NCBI GenBank assembly: GCA_000004985.1 | Contig: GG738893.1 | Direction: 5' to 3' (one strand) | DNA: 64,000 nucleotides | From: Naegleria gruberi | Lineage: Eukaryota | Shown here: one piece after another, positions 34,584 to 44,197 of the stretch | Layout: the number at the start of each line of letters is the position of its first letter | Numbering within the stretch: the first letter of the stretch is position 1 | Position numbers and translations under genes: made by a program | The notes under the pieces: model-generated | Seen by the model: the letters and a program-made list of their open reading frames with translations, nothing else | What the model was told of the DNA's origin: nothing | Database searches by the model: none

Positions 34584-36341
34584 ATGCAACAACACGATCA
34601 TCACCACAGTGATGACCATAAATTACTCGACTTGCCCTCCGAAATCTTTGAATTACTAGTCAGTTATATTCCTTTTAAGGAATCTTATCATTTCAGAGTT
34701 TCGCATCGATACTTTCTTTCCGCCTTTTTAAATTATTTTCGTAGAACATTTCGGAATTATTTGAATATTTATAATGAACATTTGATTGATAAATTTAAAT
34801 TAGTGGATTTTGATGATGATGATGAATATAGAGAAATGTATCAGGTAGAATTTGAGAGAATTCAGAATGAATTTAATTGTAAAATTCCATTTATTTTGAA
34901 GGAATTATTAATGATGACTAGACATTTCAATGATGAATCGAATGGTGGCACCTATTCCTATTCACAATATCCAGCACATTGGTTCAATCCAATCAAGTCA
35001 TGGAAGAAGGAGGGAAATATTGTAAGAATTAGTAATTGTGTTGGCCTAGTTCCAAATGGAAAGTATAATAATTTATTGCTTTTAATTTCAGAGTTTAGTT
35101 CAGAGGTAGATTTGAATTATTCACTTTTTTATCCAAATTCTTCCTTGTTTAAGATTCAGGGTGATAGTTTTCCAAAGTATTGCAAATTGGATTTTAATAG
35201 AGGTTTTGCTTACTCCACTTCTAATATAACATCCATTCCTCTAGCTCTTTGTGCTCTGAAATATTTCACAACAATTGACCTTTCTCCAAGGAGGATTTCT
35301 CTTTTAATTTCAAGATTTTCTCCAGATTTATTCAGTAATAAGGAATTCCTTTGGAAAGCTGTCAATATTTACTACAAGATTGGAGAGCAAATACCTGAAA
35401 CCCTTCTCAATGATAGAGATTTTTGTCTCAGATTGGTCAGATCACACGGTAAAGCACTAAAGTATTGCACCAAATTTGTGAAAGATAAGGAAATTGTAAC
35501 TCAAGCTCTGAAACAAAATGGATTTGCTATCAAGTATATCAGTTCACAATATCTGAGATACAATCAAGACTTGTTAGAAATTGCTGTCGAAAGCAAACCA
35601 TTCTCTTTGAATTATGTTCAGAATTCGACTCGTAATTTCAAATCAATGGTCATCAAAGCACTCCAAAATATGAAAGAAATGACCACTATACCACTATTCG
35701 TGGATAATGATGAGTTTCTACAAGATAAGGAGATTGTGGAAATAATTTTAATGAAAAATCCTAAACTCATGGAACAAATGCCAAATATTTGGAGGGAATG
35801 TAGACCTCTAGCAAGAAAGATGCTTTCAACTAAATCTTCTATAACTGGCTTTTCTCAAAAAGTAATTGAGGATCCAAGATTTTTCAAAATGGTTGCCGAA
35901 ACTAAACCAACTTTGCTTATAGAAGAGAAAAAAGACACTTCCAAACTTGTGAAAAAAGTAATGAATGCATGGGGCTTACAATTCAACCATAGAGATGATG
36001 AAGAAACCATGACCAAAATTCTAGAACTAGCAAGAAAGAATCCAGATATTTATTCATTCATGTTACAAATGCCTCGTTTTGGTTGTGGGTATTCTGATTC
36101 ATTGCGATTTACATTTCTGAAAGAGGGAGTTTCACATGATCCTCTCATTATTTGTAATAAGCGAGTAAGGAATATTGTAAGCCTGATTGATTTGGAACAA
36201 CAAGAAGAAATTCTCAAAATATTCCTTAATAATAGGGATAACTCAAAAACAATTTCAGTCACCCTTTCATTTGATAAGCAGCTTTTAAAAAAATATGCAT
36301 TGGAGGGATACAAGAAGGGAATTAAATTGTGCAAATATTAA
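34584..36341 (+). CDS. F-box-like protein with DUF4116-like repeats
   Basis: The N-terminus is LLDLPSEIFELLVSYIPFKESYHF. Internal repeats such as ALKYCTKFVKDKEIVTQALKQNGFAIKYISSQYLRYNQDLLEIAVESKPFSLNYV resemble the DUF4116 repeat. Confidence 0.45.
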   Translation: MQQHDHHHSDDHKLLDLPSEIFELLVSYIPFKESYHFRVSHRYFLSAFLNYFRRTFRNYLNIYNEHLIDKFKLVDFDDDDEYREMYQVEFERIQNEFNCKIPFILKELLMMTRHFNDESNGGTYSYSQYPAHWFNPIKSWKKEGNIVRISNCVGLVPNGKYNNLLLLISEFSSEVDLNYSLFYPNSSLFKIQGDSFPKYCKLDFNRGFAYSTSNITSIPLALCALKYFTTIDLSPRRISLLISRFSPDLFSNKEFLWKAVNIYYKIGEQIPETLLNDRDFCLRLVRSHGKALKYCTKFVKDKEIVTQALKQNGFAIKYISSQYLRYNQDLLEIAVESKPFSLNYVQNSTRNFKSMVIKALQNMKEMTTIPLFVDNDEFLQDKEIVEIILMKNPKLMEQMPNIWRECRPLARKMLSTKSSITGFSQKVIEDPRFFKMVAETKPTLLIEEKKDTSKLVKKVMNAWGLQFNHRDDEETMTKILELARKNPDIYSFMLQMPRFGCGYSDSLRFTFLKEGVSHDPLIICNKRVRNIVSLIDLEQQEEILKIFLNNRDNSKTISVTLSFDKQLLKKYALEGYKKGIKLCKY

Positions 36342-36498
36342 TGTGGACCACTCATATTTATGTTTAAACGATGTATTTTTCAAAGCTAAATGCTATTCGT
36401 ACTCCTTGTGCCATTAAGTATTGTTCAATTATTCACTGTTTCATCAATAACGAATCTATTACAGTAAAGTTTCTTCAACATTTATTGGTATTATATAA

Positions 36499-37951
36499 TT
36501 ACAGAGCTATCTTTAATTGTTCACCATAATGTTTACGAAGACCTCCAATCACATTGTGAAGAATGGTATTTTCCTTCTTACTTGTTGCTGATCCCTGACT
36601 ATTAGATTGACTATTACTGTATGTAACTCCAGCACCTGTCAAATCAATAAATTGCAAATTATCACAAGCTAAATTCAAACTCTTCAAATTTTCACACCAA
36701 TTAAGTTGGAGCCTATTTAGGGCTGGGCAAGAAATAAATGGCTTGCTCAAATATTTACAGTCAATAATTTTGATTTCTTCAATGGTGTTACTTTGAATGA
36801 CAGGATTTGTCAGAGGTTCACATTCGGTCAAGTAAAGTTTTTTAAGAGAACCATACTTTCTATTCTTTACATTTCTGGCAGTATCAAAAATAGAGTCATC
36901 ATCATTATCAGCAGGTTTTCCCTCCAAATCATTTTCCTCTGTTTGTGAATTTGTATTCGAAACGGATTGCAAGTGTGCAACTTCTTCATATAATAAAGAT
37001 TTCAATGTTGCCAAGAGAAGAGTATCACCAAGACCTGTACATTTAAAGCAGATGAGTCTATCCAACTTGGAGCATTGTATAATCTTCAAGCACTTTTCAA
37101 AGGAAGAATCGTAAAATTCGAGAGAGAGTAAATTCTTTAAATATCCAACTTCAAAAGATGTAAATTTGATAGCACTGAATCGAAGCACTTTAAGCTGTTG
37201 AATAGAAGGAATATATTCGGTATCTGATGATTGTGAGAAGGACTCAGAGTTCATACTCTTCTTATCCAGTATAATTGGTGAATCGAGAGGACATTCACGA
37301 ATATGAATCTCTGAAAGGTGTGGTGGTAAATTTCTATTTTTTCAAAAAATTAAATATTTTAAAAATCCAATTTTTTTGTAACGAACGTTTTGTTGATGGG
37401 GATATATTATCCAATAAATTAGTTAAATATATGATTAATTATTATTATGTAAGAAGATGAAGTACATGACAAAAGTATTCCACAAATATTTAACATGACA
37501 AGGTTTGATCGTTATTAATATCAAGATGATGAAGAATAACTACTTACTCTACAAGTTTGGAAAGGCAAACATCAGTGAAAAAGTCGAGTCCGTCCAGGGA
37601 GAGAACCTTCAGTGATGGGAATCTATTCACAATATCAATCATGTTTGTCATGTTGTGGTTTTGTTGTTCTTCCTCACTTAAATGTTCAACATCACCAAAA
37701 TTTGTATTTTCACTGTCCAATGTTAAATGTTCAACAGAGTGATGCACAGCATAATGTGTTGCCTTTGAAACAAGTGCAACAGTATGGATCAACTCATCAA
37801 AATCAAGAAATGATAATATATTATAAATTGGATGTGTAAGGTTTGTATCTTGATGAATAATCAATGATGATGATTTATATTTCAAAGAGGAAGGAGAAGC
37901 CAATTCCATAGTACTATCCTCCACAACGGCAGCAGACGACGATTCTTGCAT
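36499..37951 (-). CDS. F-box/LRR (FBXL-like) protein, 2 exons: 37951..37548 and 37333..36499
   Basis: Exon 1 carries an F-box (IYNILSFLDFDELIHTVALVSKATHYA) plus LRRs. It ends at a GTAAGT donor at 37547. An acceptor AATAG at 37334 gives in-frame ...LSKLVE-E-NLPPHLSEIHIRECPL...MNSESF. The intron is about 214 bp. Exon 2 has cysteine-containing LRRs. The first ATG is at 37951; the track start 37969 is TTG. Confidence 0.45.
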
Positions 37952-38537
37952 TGGTATTGACTTTAACAAGGAAACAAAATTATTAAAAATTGGAACATTG
38001 TGATGCGAACGTTTTACCCTCTTACTTCCATTGTTGTTGTTATTAGCTATTCAGATGATGAGCAGTGTTGCTATTTTCTTGTTGTTGATTTGATGCGGAA
38101 TCTTCTTCTGGTGAGGAACGTTTCATTTTTGCTGTTTTTTTTAGAAATTGTAAGCAGAAGAATTTCCAGAGAAAACTGGTTGTTGGTTTGGCGCCAATTT
38201 GAAAGGAATGTTATGCAATAATATTGAAGATTTAAGAAGATGAAAAAAATTACCTTACATTGCATTGTGTGTGTAGGAATGTGTTTTGGGGATGAGGATT
38301 TTTTTAATTAGAGGAGAGGAAATTCAACAAATAATTGGATGTAGATAATAGTATGAATTAGAATTTTTCAAATCCAACTAAATAATTTGTTCCGAAACAA
38401 AATTATCACACTGAAAGGCTTCCGATATTAATAGAATACCAAACACAATTTTCTTCCCGATATCAGTTGGTGTTTATGTCTACTTTCACGTAGAACAAAA
38501 AAAATGAGTGACTCAGAAAAAGGTCGAGGAAGTTATC
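37952..38537. promoter_or_regulatory. divergent promoter region between the F-box/LRR gene (-) and the SNF2 ATPase gene (+)
   Basis: Positional only. The two genes are head-to-head with a 586-bp spacer. Confidence 0.25.
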
Positions 38538-41500
38538 ATGCCGAGAAGATCAACTCGACAACGTACCGTTAAAAAGCTGGATGACGATTATGAATACGAA
38601 GATACAGCAGGAAAGAAGAAAAAAGCAGCTGCTAGTACAACAACACCTAAGAAAAATCAAGCAACAAAAAGAAAGGCTTCAACGGAAGAGGTTGAGGAAG
38701 AAGAGGATGTAAAACCATCATCATCAACAATTTTACTCTCTGCTCCACCGGTGCAACCTCCTAAAGAGAAAAAGACTACGAAAAAACGTAAAACAAAGAA
38801 GGAAAAGGAAGAGGAACAGAGGGAAAGTCTCAAGTTGAGAGAAAAATTGCACAAGGAAATGGAGGAGGCAAAGGAAATGGAAAAACGTAACATGGAGGAA
38901 ATGATTAAAAAAGAGAATGAAAAGAAGAGACTAGAGGAAGAAGCTAAGAAAAAAGAGGAAGATGAAGCTAAAAATTCAACCACCTCTCCATCTCCATCAT
39001 CAACAACTTCATCAACACCTGCATCATCAAAATCATCAAAATCATCAAAAAAGAAGCCTAAGGAAGTTGAACCACAACAACAGGACATGAGTGACGATGA
39101 AGAAGAGGAAGAAGATGAATCTCTTGGATTTTCCGATTTACAAAGAGTGATAAATCTCTCTAATGATGCATTGGAAAAACCAGTACTTATCCATGGTGGA
39201 TTTATAAAGGTACTTAAACCTCATCAATTGGAAGGAATTCGTTTCTGTTGGAAGCACATTTCAAAAGGAAGAGGATGTGTTTTGGCCCACAGTATGGGTC
39301 TAGGAAAGACCTTGCAAATGATTGCTCTCGTGCATACATTAATGATTTCTAGCAATATGAAAACAAGAAATATTTTAATTGTGTGTCCTAAGAGTGTCAT
39401 TTTGAATTGGGATGCAGAATTTAGACAATGGCTTGATAAATGTGTTCATGCTACAGTCTCAATACGTACCATTAAGGATAGGGACAAGAGTTATGAAAGT
39501 AGATTGAAAAAGTTACAAAAATGGAAAAAGAGGGGAGGTATTCTCATTCTCTCCTTTCAAATGTTTCACAGATTCCTTGGTCACTACAGCAAAGATAAAG
39601 ATTATGAAAGTTTAGCCTATCAGAAAAATCAACTCCAACAATACAAAGTTCAAAAAGAAACAAGGAGATCACTGGGAATTTCTACTCTGGATCTTGAAGC
39701 CACAATTAAGGATTTGGTAGAACAAACTGAAAAAACAGAAAAAAAGCTTCGACAGAGAGAAGATTTCGAAGAAGAAGCAAGTGATATTATCATTAATGGT
39801 ACTCAGCTAGTTATAGTTGATGAAGCTCACAGAATGTGTTCCAACACAGATATCTACATCAATCAAGCTCTTAATAGACTCGAAACTCAATTAAGAATTG
39901 CACTTACAGGAACTCCAGTTCAAAACAATTTGATGGAATACTACGCAATGATAAATTGGATTAGAAAGGGATATTGGACAAATGAGGAATTTTTCGGATT
40001 CTTTTCCAAACCAATTCAATCAGGTATGAGAAAGGACTCTGATGATCAGGCTGTAGAAGAAATGAAAAAGAGTTCCTTTTTATTGGTGAAAGAATTGGAA
40101 GAATTTATCCACCGTAGAGATCAATCGGTTTTAAGAGATAGTTTACCTCCAAAACACGAATATGTCATTAGTTTCAGAGTGAATCCATTACAAGCCAAGC
40201 TATACAAGGCCTTTGCTGATGCTCGTCAAAGAGAAGAACGTAAATATGGAGCAGGATCTGCTTCAGGCTCTGGACTTTTTGATCCAAAGTTTTATAGTCA
40301 ACCGTTAACGAGAGAGCAAATTGATAGCTCCTCTAAAACTTTATTTTATCTTTCAGTTTTATTGAACAAGATTACAAACCATCCTGACCTTGTCAGAATG
40401 TACTGTGAAAGAAGAGATTTTACTTATGAAGATGCCATGAAGCACCCTGGAGTTTTCATTACCAGAGAGGAAATGCAAGAAAAGAGATATCAAAACGAAG
40501 AAGATGAGGATGGAATGTATGATGAAGATGAACCAGAAACTCCAAAAGTCAAAAAGAGTGAATCTCCAATCAAAACTGGCTCAGCTAGTTCTATCAAGAA
40601 TGAATCTCTCAAGAGAGAATCATCTTCATCTGGTGTGAAGAGTGAGCCAATTTCATTAGATGACGATGAAGATTTGTTCAGTATGGACTTGTTGGGCTCA
40701 ATATCATCACAACCAAAAACACCTTCTTCTTCAACAACCAAAAAGGAAAGTCCCTTCTCTGAAGACAAGAAATTACAACCTAAGAAAGAGGAACCTAGAT
40801 CCAAAAAATCCTCTGCCAAGTCTAAAAAGGAAGATAATGACACTCCTAAATCTAAGAAGAATAAGATTAAATCCTCCCTTGATGAAGAGGATGAACTGGA
40901 AGAAGATTTTGATAATGTTAACGCTAAGGCCGAAGAGGAATTGGGGCATAATCTCTTTTGGGCAGCACCAGTTCTAGCAAATGACTACAAATTACACAAT
41001 GCTAGGAATAGTCCAAAAATGGAATTCTTGTTGAGAATTATTGAAAAATGTTATCTCAACAATGAAAAGATATTAGTTTTCACTCAATATGTAGAAATGT
41101 TGGATGTTATGGAGGCTGTTTTCAAACATACTCCAATTGTGGTTGGAACCGAGGAAGATGAAGATAATCAAACTGTTCCTATTAGGAAAACTCTTTCTAA
41201 GGGAGATGATTATCTTAGAATGGATGGATCAATTTCAGGCAGAGCCAGACAGGACTTAGTCGATAGTTTTACAGAAGAATCAACAGCTCATGTTTTTATT
41301 ATCAGTACAAAGGCAGGTGGTTTAGGTATCAATTTGATAGCTGCAACACGAGTCGTTATTTTTGATCCGTGTTGGAATGATACTTGGGACAAGCAAGCAT
41401 TGTTTAGAGCATATAGATATGGTCAGAAAAAACCTGTCTATGTGTATAGATTTGTTACTTATGGATCCGCAGAGGAAAAGATTTTCAATCTGAGTACTGC

Positions 41501-42638
41501 CAAAGCTTGGTTGGCAAAACGTATTGTAGACGACAAGACTCCAGATCTCATTATGAAGAAGGGTGATTTGGAAATTTTGAATCAGGCCCTTAGTATTGAG
41601 GAAACCATGACTGATAAGCTTCTTCTCAATCCTAAACAGTATCAGGAAGATCCAATACTAAAAGATTTATTGGGTGTTAATTGGAACTATTCTGAAGAAG
41701 TTATTGATCCACTCAAGCCAGTACACATCACTATTGATGAAGACGAGGAAAAACCAGAGGATAAACAAGCCAAGAAACCAGATACATTCTATCCAGAAGA
41801 GGAGGAAGATCTCTCTGGCGAATTCAATGTCCAACGTAAAATTAAGAGTGTTTTCAGATATGATTCCCTCTTTGTGGAAAATGAGAGTCTTCGTCTTGAA
41901 GAGAGTGAACAAGAACGTAGTATCTCTGAATATGAACAAAGGAGAAAGGATGCACGTGAAAATCCAGGTAAATTACTTGCTGAGATTATGGCAGATGATC
42001 TCTATGATCCTAGCATGCTTATTTCACCTTCTGCACTTGTACCTTCATCGGTGGGAGTTTTACCAAACGTGGATGGTCCATTGACTCCAGCTTTAGAGTC
42101 ATCCAGATTGGGTTTATTGGCCAGATTACAACAATTCATTCAAGCTCAGGATAATAATGCAGATAATGAAAGTAATGCCGATAGAGAGGCAACCACAACA
42201 CTCAATACTATGTGGCAACAAGTTTCTGCTAACGAAGGTGTAATGAAAATGATTAACAAATTGAGGAAGAGAAGACAGAGAATGATTGCAGCCCAAGGAT
42301 TATCTGCATCACAAGCAAACACTCCTCAGAGTATGACTCCTACCACACCAAGTCTGCCACCTTCTTCATTCACATTTGATGCATTGCAACAAAATAATGG
42401 TTATGCATCCTCACCACCACCATTCAGTTTTAACAACCCATCTCAATTTAACTTGATGCCACCACCATCTTCCTCATCAGTTGCTTCATCCTCTCGTGGT
42501 CCAATTTTCTCAATTCCTGTCATTTCAGCAGATGAACCAATTGAAATTTCACCTCTCCCTTCCTCAACAGCAACAAGAAGAACCAATGCAACACCTTTTA
42601 ACAATTCCATTTCTTTAGACTCTGACGATGATGAATAA
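38538..42638 (+). CDS. SNF2-family DNA-dependent ATPase, ATRX/RAD54-like
   Basis: Walker A reads LAHSMGLGKTLQ and the DEAH box reads LVIVDEAHRMCS. Motif III is LTGTPVQNNLMEYYAMINWI. The helicase-C region is GGLGINLIAATRVVIFDPCWNDTWDKQALFRAYRYGQKKPVYVYRF. Both tails are Lys/Glu- and Ser-rich. The track start 38508 is GTG; the first ATG is 38538 (MPRRSTRQ). Confidence 0.8.
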   Translation: MPRRSTRQRTVKKLDDDYEYEDTAGKKKKAAASTTTPKKNQATKRKASTEEVEEEEDVKPSSSTILLSAPPVQPPKEKKTTKKRKTKKEKEEEQRESLKLREKLHKEMEEAKEMEKRNMEEMIKKENEKKRLEEEAKKKEEDEAKNSTTSPSPSSTTSSTPASSKSSKSSKKKPKEVEPQQQDMSDDEEEEEDESLGFSDLQRVINLSNDALEKPVLIHGGFIKVLKPHQLEGIRFCWKHISKGRGCVLAHSMGLGKTLQMIALVHTLMISSNMKTRNILIVCPKSVILNWDAEFRQWLDKCVHATVSIRTIKDRDKSYESRLKKLQKWKKRGGILILSFQMFHRFLGHYSKDKDYESLAYQKNQLQQYKVQKETRRSLGISTLDLEATIKDLVEQTEKTEKKLRQREDFEEEASDIIINGTQLVIVDEAHRMCSNTDIYINQALNRLETQLRIALTGTPVQNNLMEYYAMINWIRKGYWTNEEFFGFFSKPIQSGMRKDSDDQAVEEMKKSSFLLVKELEEFIHRRDQSVLRDSLPPKHEYVISFRVNPLQAKLYKAFADARQREERKYGAGSASGSGLFDPKFYSQPLTREQIDSSSKTLFYLSVLLNKITNHPDLVRMYCERRDFTYEDAMKHPGVFITREEMQEKRYQNEEDEDGMYDEDEPETPKVKKSESPIKTGSASSIKNESLKRESSSSGVKSEPISLDDDEDLFSMDLLGSISSQPKTPSSSTTKKESPFSEDKKLQPKKEEPRSKKSSAKSKKEDNDTPKSKKNKIKSSLDEEDELEEDFDNVNAKAEEELGHNLFWAAPVLANDYKLHNARNSPKMEFLLRIIEKCYLNNEKILVFTQYVEMLDVMEAVFKHTPIVVGTEEDEDNQTVPIRKTLSKGDDYLRMDGSISGRARQDLVDSFTEESTAHVFIISTKAGGLGINLIAATRVVIFDPCWNDTWDKQALFRAYRYGQKKPVYVYRFVTYGSAEEKIFNLSTAKAWLAKRIVDDKTPDLIMKKGDLEILNQALSIEETMTDKLLLNPKQYQEDPILKDLLGVNWNYSEEVIDPLKPVHITIDEDEEKPEDKQAKKPDTFYPEEEEDLSGEFNVQRKIKSVFRYDSLFVENESLRLEESEQERSISEYEQRRKDARENPGKLLAEIMADDLYDPSMLISPSALVPSSVGVLPNVDGPLTPALESSRLGLLARLQQFIQAQDNNADNESNADREATTTLNTMWQQVSANEGVMKMINKLRKRRQRMIAAQGLSASQANTPQSMTPTTPSLPPSSFTFDALQQNNGYASSPPPFSFNNPSQFNLMPPPSSSSVASSSRGPIFSIPVISADEPIEISPLPSSTATRRTNATPFNNSISLDSDDDE

Positions 42639-42731
42639 ACATTTACAATACCAACCTTGAACAACGAACCCTTTCCCACTTCCAAAAACAGATTCTAGCT
42701 GCAACCAGCAGTCACCAATCAGTAAAAAAAA

Positions 42732-43991
42732 ATGCTTTCTCAATCAACAGTGTTTGCCAGTGGTAAAAACAGAGCCTTTCAGCTCGGAATTGACTCCAAA
42801 GACACATCACTATTAGATGATATTCCCTTCACTCGTGTTGCCTTCTTTGATCGGAATCCACATTTAAAAATTGTGAATATTTCTAGCTCGAGTATTTCTA
42901 CATTTTTTCTAATTGATGAATCATTATCTGCACATGAAAGTGGACAGTTATCGTTGTATGGATGTGGTTGTAATCAATTCGGTCAATTATCATTGGGTGA
43001 GATTTCCTTCATCAAGGAAATTACAAAAATTCCACTCCATGATGAAAAATTGTGGATTGACAAGATTAGTTGTGGAACGAAACATAGTTTGTTATTGACT
43101 GTGAATGGAGATTTGTATGCTTGTGGAGCTAGTGATGATGGTCAATTGTCAATTCAACCAGGAGAATGTGTTACAAAGTTTACAAAAATATTGGAAAATG
43201 TTCAAATTGCAAAAGCTATTGGAAAGAGAACAATGATTATTACTCGAGATTGTAAATTATTAGTATGTGGAGAAAATCAATTTGGTCAACTGGGAATGGG
43301 AGATGCAAAAAATCGACTGACACTCGTTCCACATGAATTCTTTACCGATTTACTCATTCAAAACAATGAATTTCCAATAGATATCGATGGTGGAATTTCA
43401 CATACGATTGTCATGACAAACAAGAAGAGAATTTTCTATTTTGGAAATACTTTTCAAGCATGTTCATTGAAACCAATTGAATTATCCTTCTCCTCACCCA
43501 AATCTATCAAGTGCACCAATTATGCAACATTCGTCATTACAGAACGAAACAAAATCTTTAGTTGTGGATTGTGTGGAAGTGGTCAAATTCCATTTGATTC
43601 GAAACTTCTTCCAAAATCATTGATTAGTTGTAATTCAATGATTTCTCTTGTGGAATTGAGTAAATCTTTAGATAGAGATGAAATTGTGGTGGATATTAGT
43701 GGTGGATCGAATCATACTTGTTTTCACACCAATTTTGGAAGAGTTTTTATTTGTGGGAAACGTTTCGAAAATTCAAACGAACTTCAAAAGCCAATTTTAA
43801 TGGAAAATCCATTCGATTCGATTGAAAATTTACAAGATTATAAGATTATGCATTATTATGGAAGAAGTTCATTCTTTGTTACAAAAACATTGCACAGTTA
43901 TATTGTAAACTTTAAGAAACAATTATTGAATTGTTCAATATTTGATGTGTTTATAATAACATTTCAAAATTCGCAACAGGATGACGATTAA
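42732..43991 (+). CDS. RCC1-repeat (regulator of chromosome condensation-like) protein
   Basis: The glycine-rich RCC1 blade motifs YGCGCNQFGQLSLG, YACGASDDGQLS and LVCGENQFGQLGMGD are present. Confidence 0.65.
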   Translation: MLSQSTVFASGKNRAFQLGIDSKDTSLLDDIPFTRVAFFDRNPHLKIVNISSSSISTFFLIDESLSAHESGQLSLYGCGCNQFGQLSLGEISFIKEITKIPLHDEKLWIDKISCGTKHSLLLTVNGDLYACGASDDGQLSIQPGECVTKFTKILENVQIAKAIGKRTMIITRDCKLLVCGENQFGQLGMGDAKNRLTLVPHEFFTDLLIQNNEFPIDIDGGISHTIVMTNKKRIFYFGNTFQACSLKPIELSFSSPKSIKCTNYATFVITERNKIFSCGLCGSGQIPFDSKLLPKSLISCNSMISLVELSKSLDRDEIVVDISGGSNHTCFHTNFGRVFICGKRFENSNELQKPILMENPFDSIENLQDYKIMHYYGRSSFFVTKTLHSYIVNFKKQLLNCSIFDVFIITFQNSQQDDD

Positions 43992-44197
43992 AGATCACTG
44001 AATTTTCGAATAATATATTGAGTTTACTTTAACTTTTATTCGAAACTTGTCTTCATGAAGTGAAGGTAGTGCTTCGCTGTTTTGTAACTTATTCGATTCA
44101 CTGCCACTTTCGAATATCATCAAGGCCGACTGTCAAATGTTGAGATGAGCTTGATGCCATTTAACGGCTTTCAATTGTCAAATTTCAAAAAAAAATA

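Noticed and set aside
37275-37460. 61-aa plus-strand ORF.
   Set aside because: It lies within the proposed 214-bp intron of the minus-strand F-box/LRR gene. It is AT-rich junk sequence.
38657-39088. 143-aa minus-strand ORF inside the SNF2 gene.
   Set aside because: It is antisense to the Lys/Glu/Ser-rich low-complexity N-terminus of a well-supported gene.
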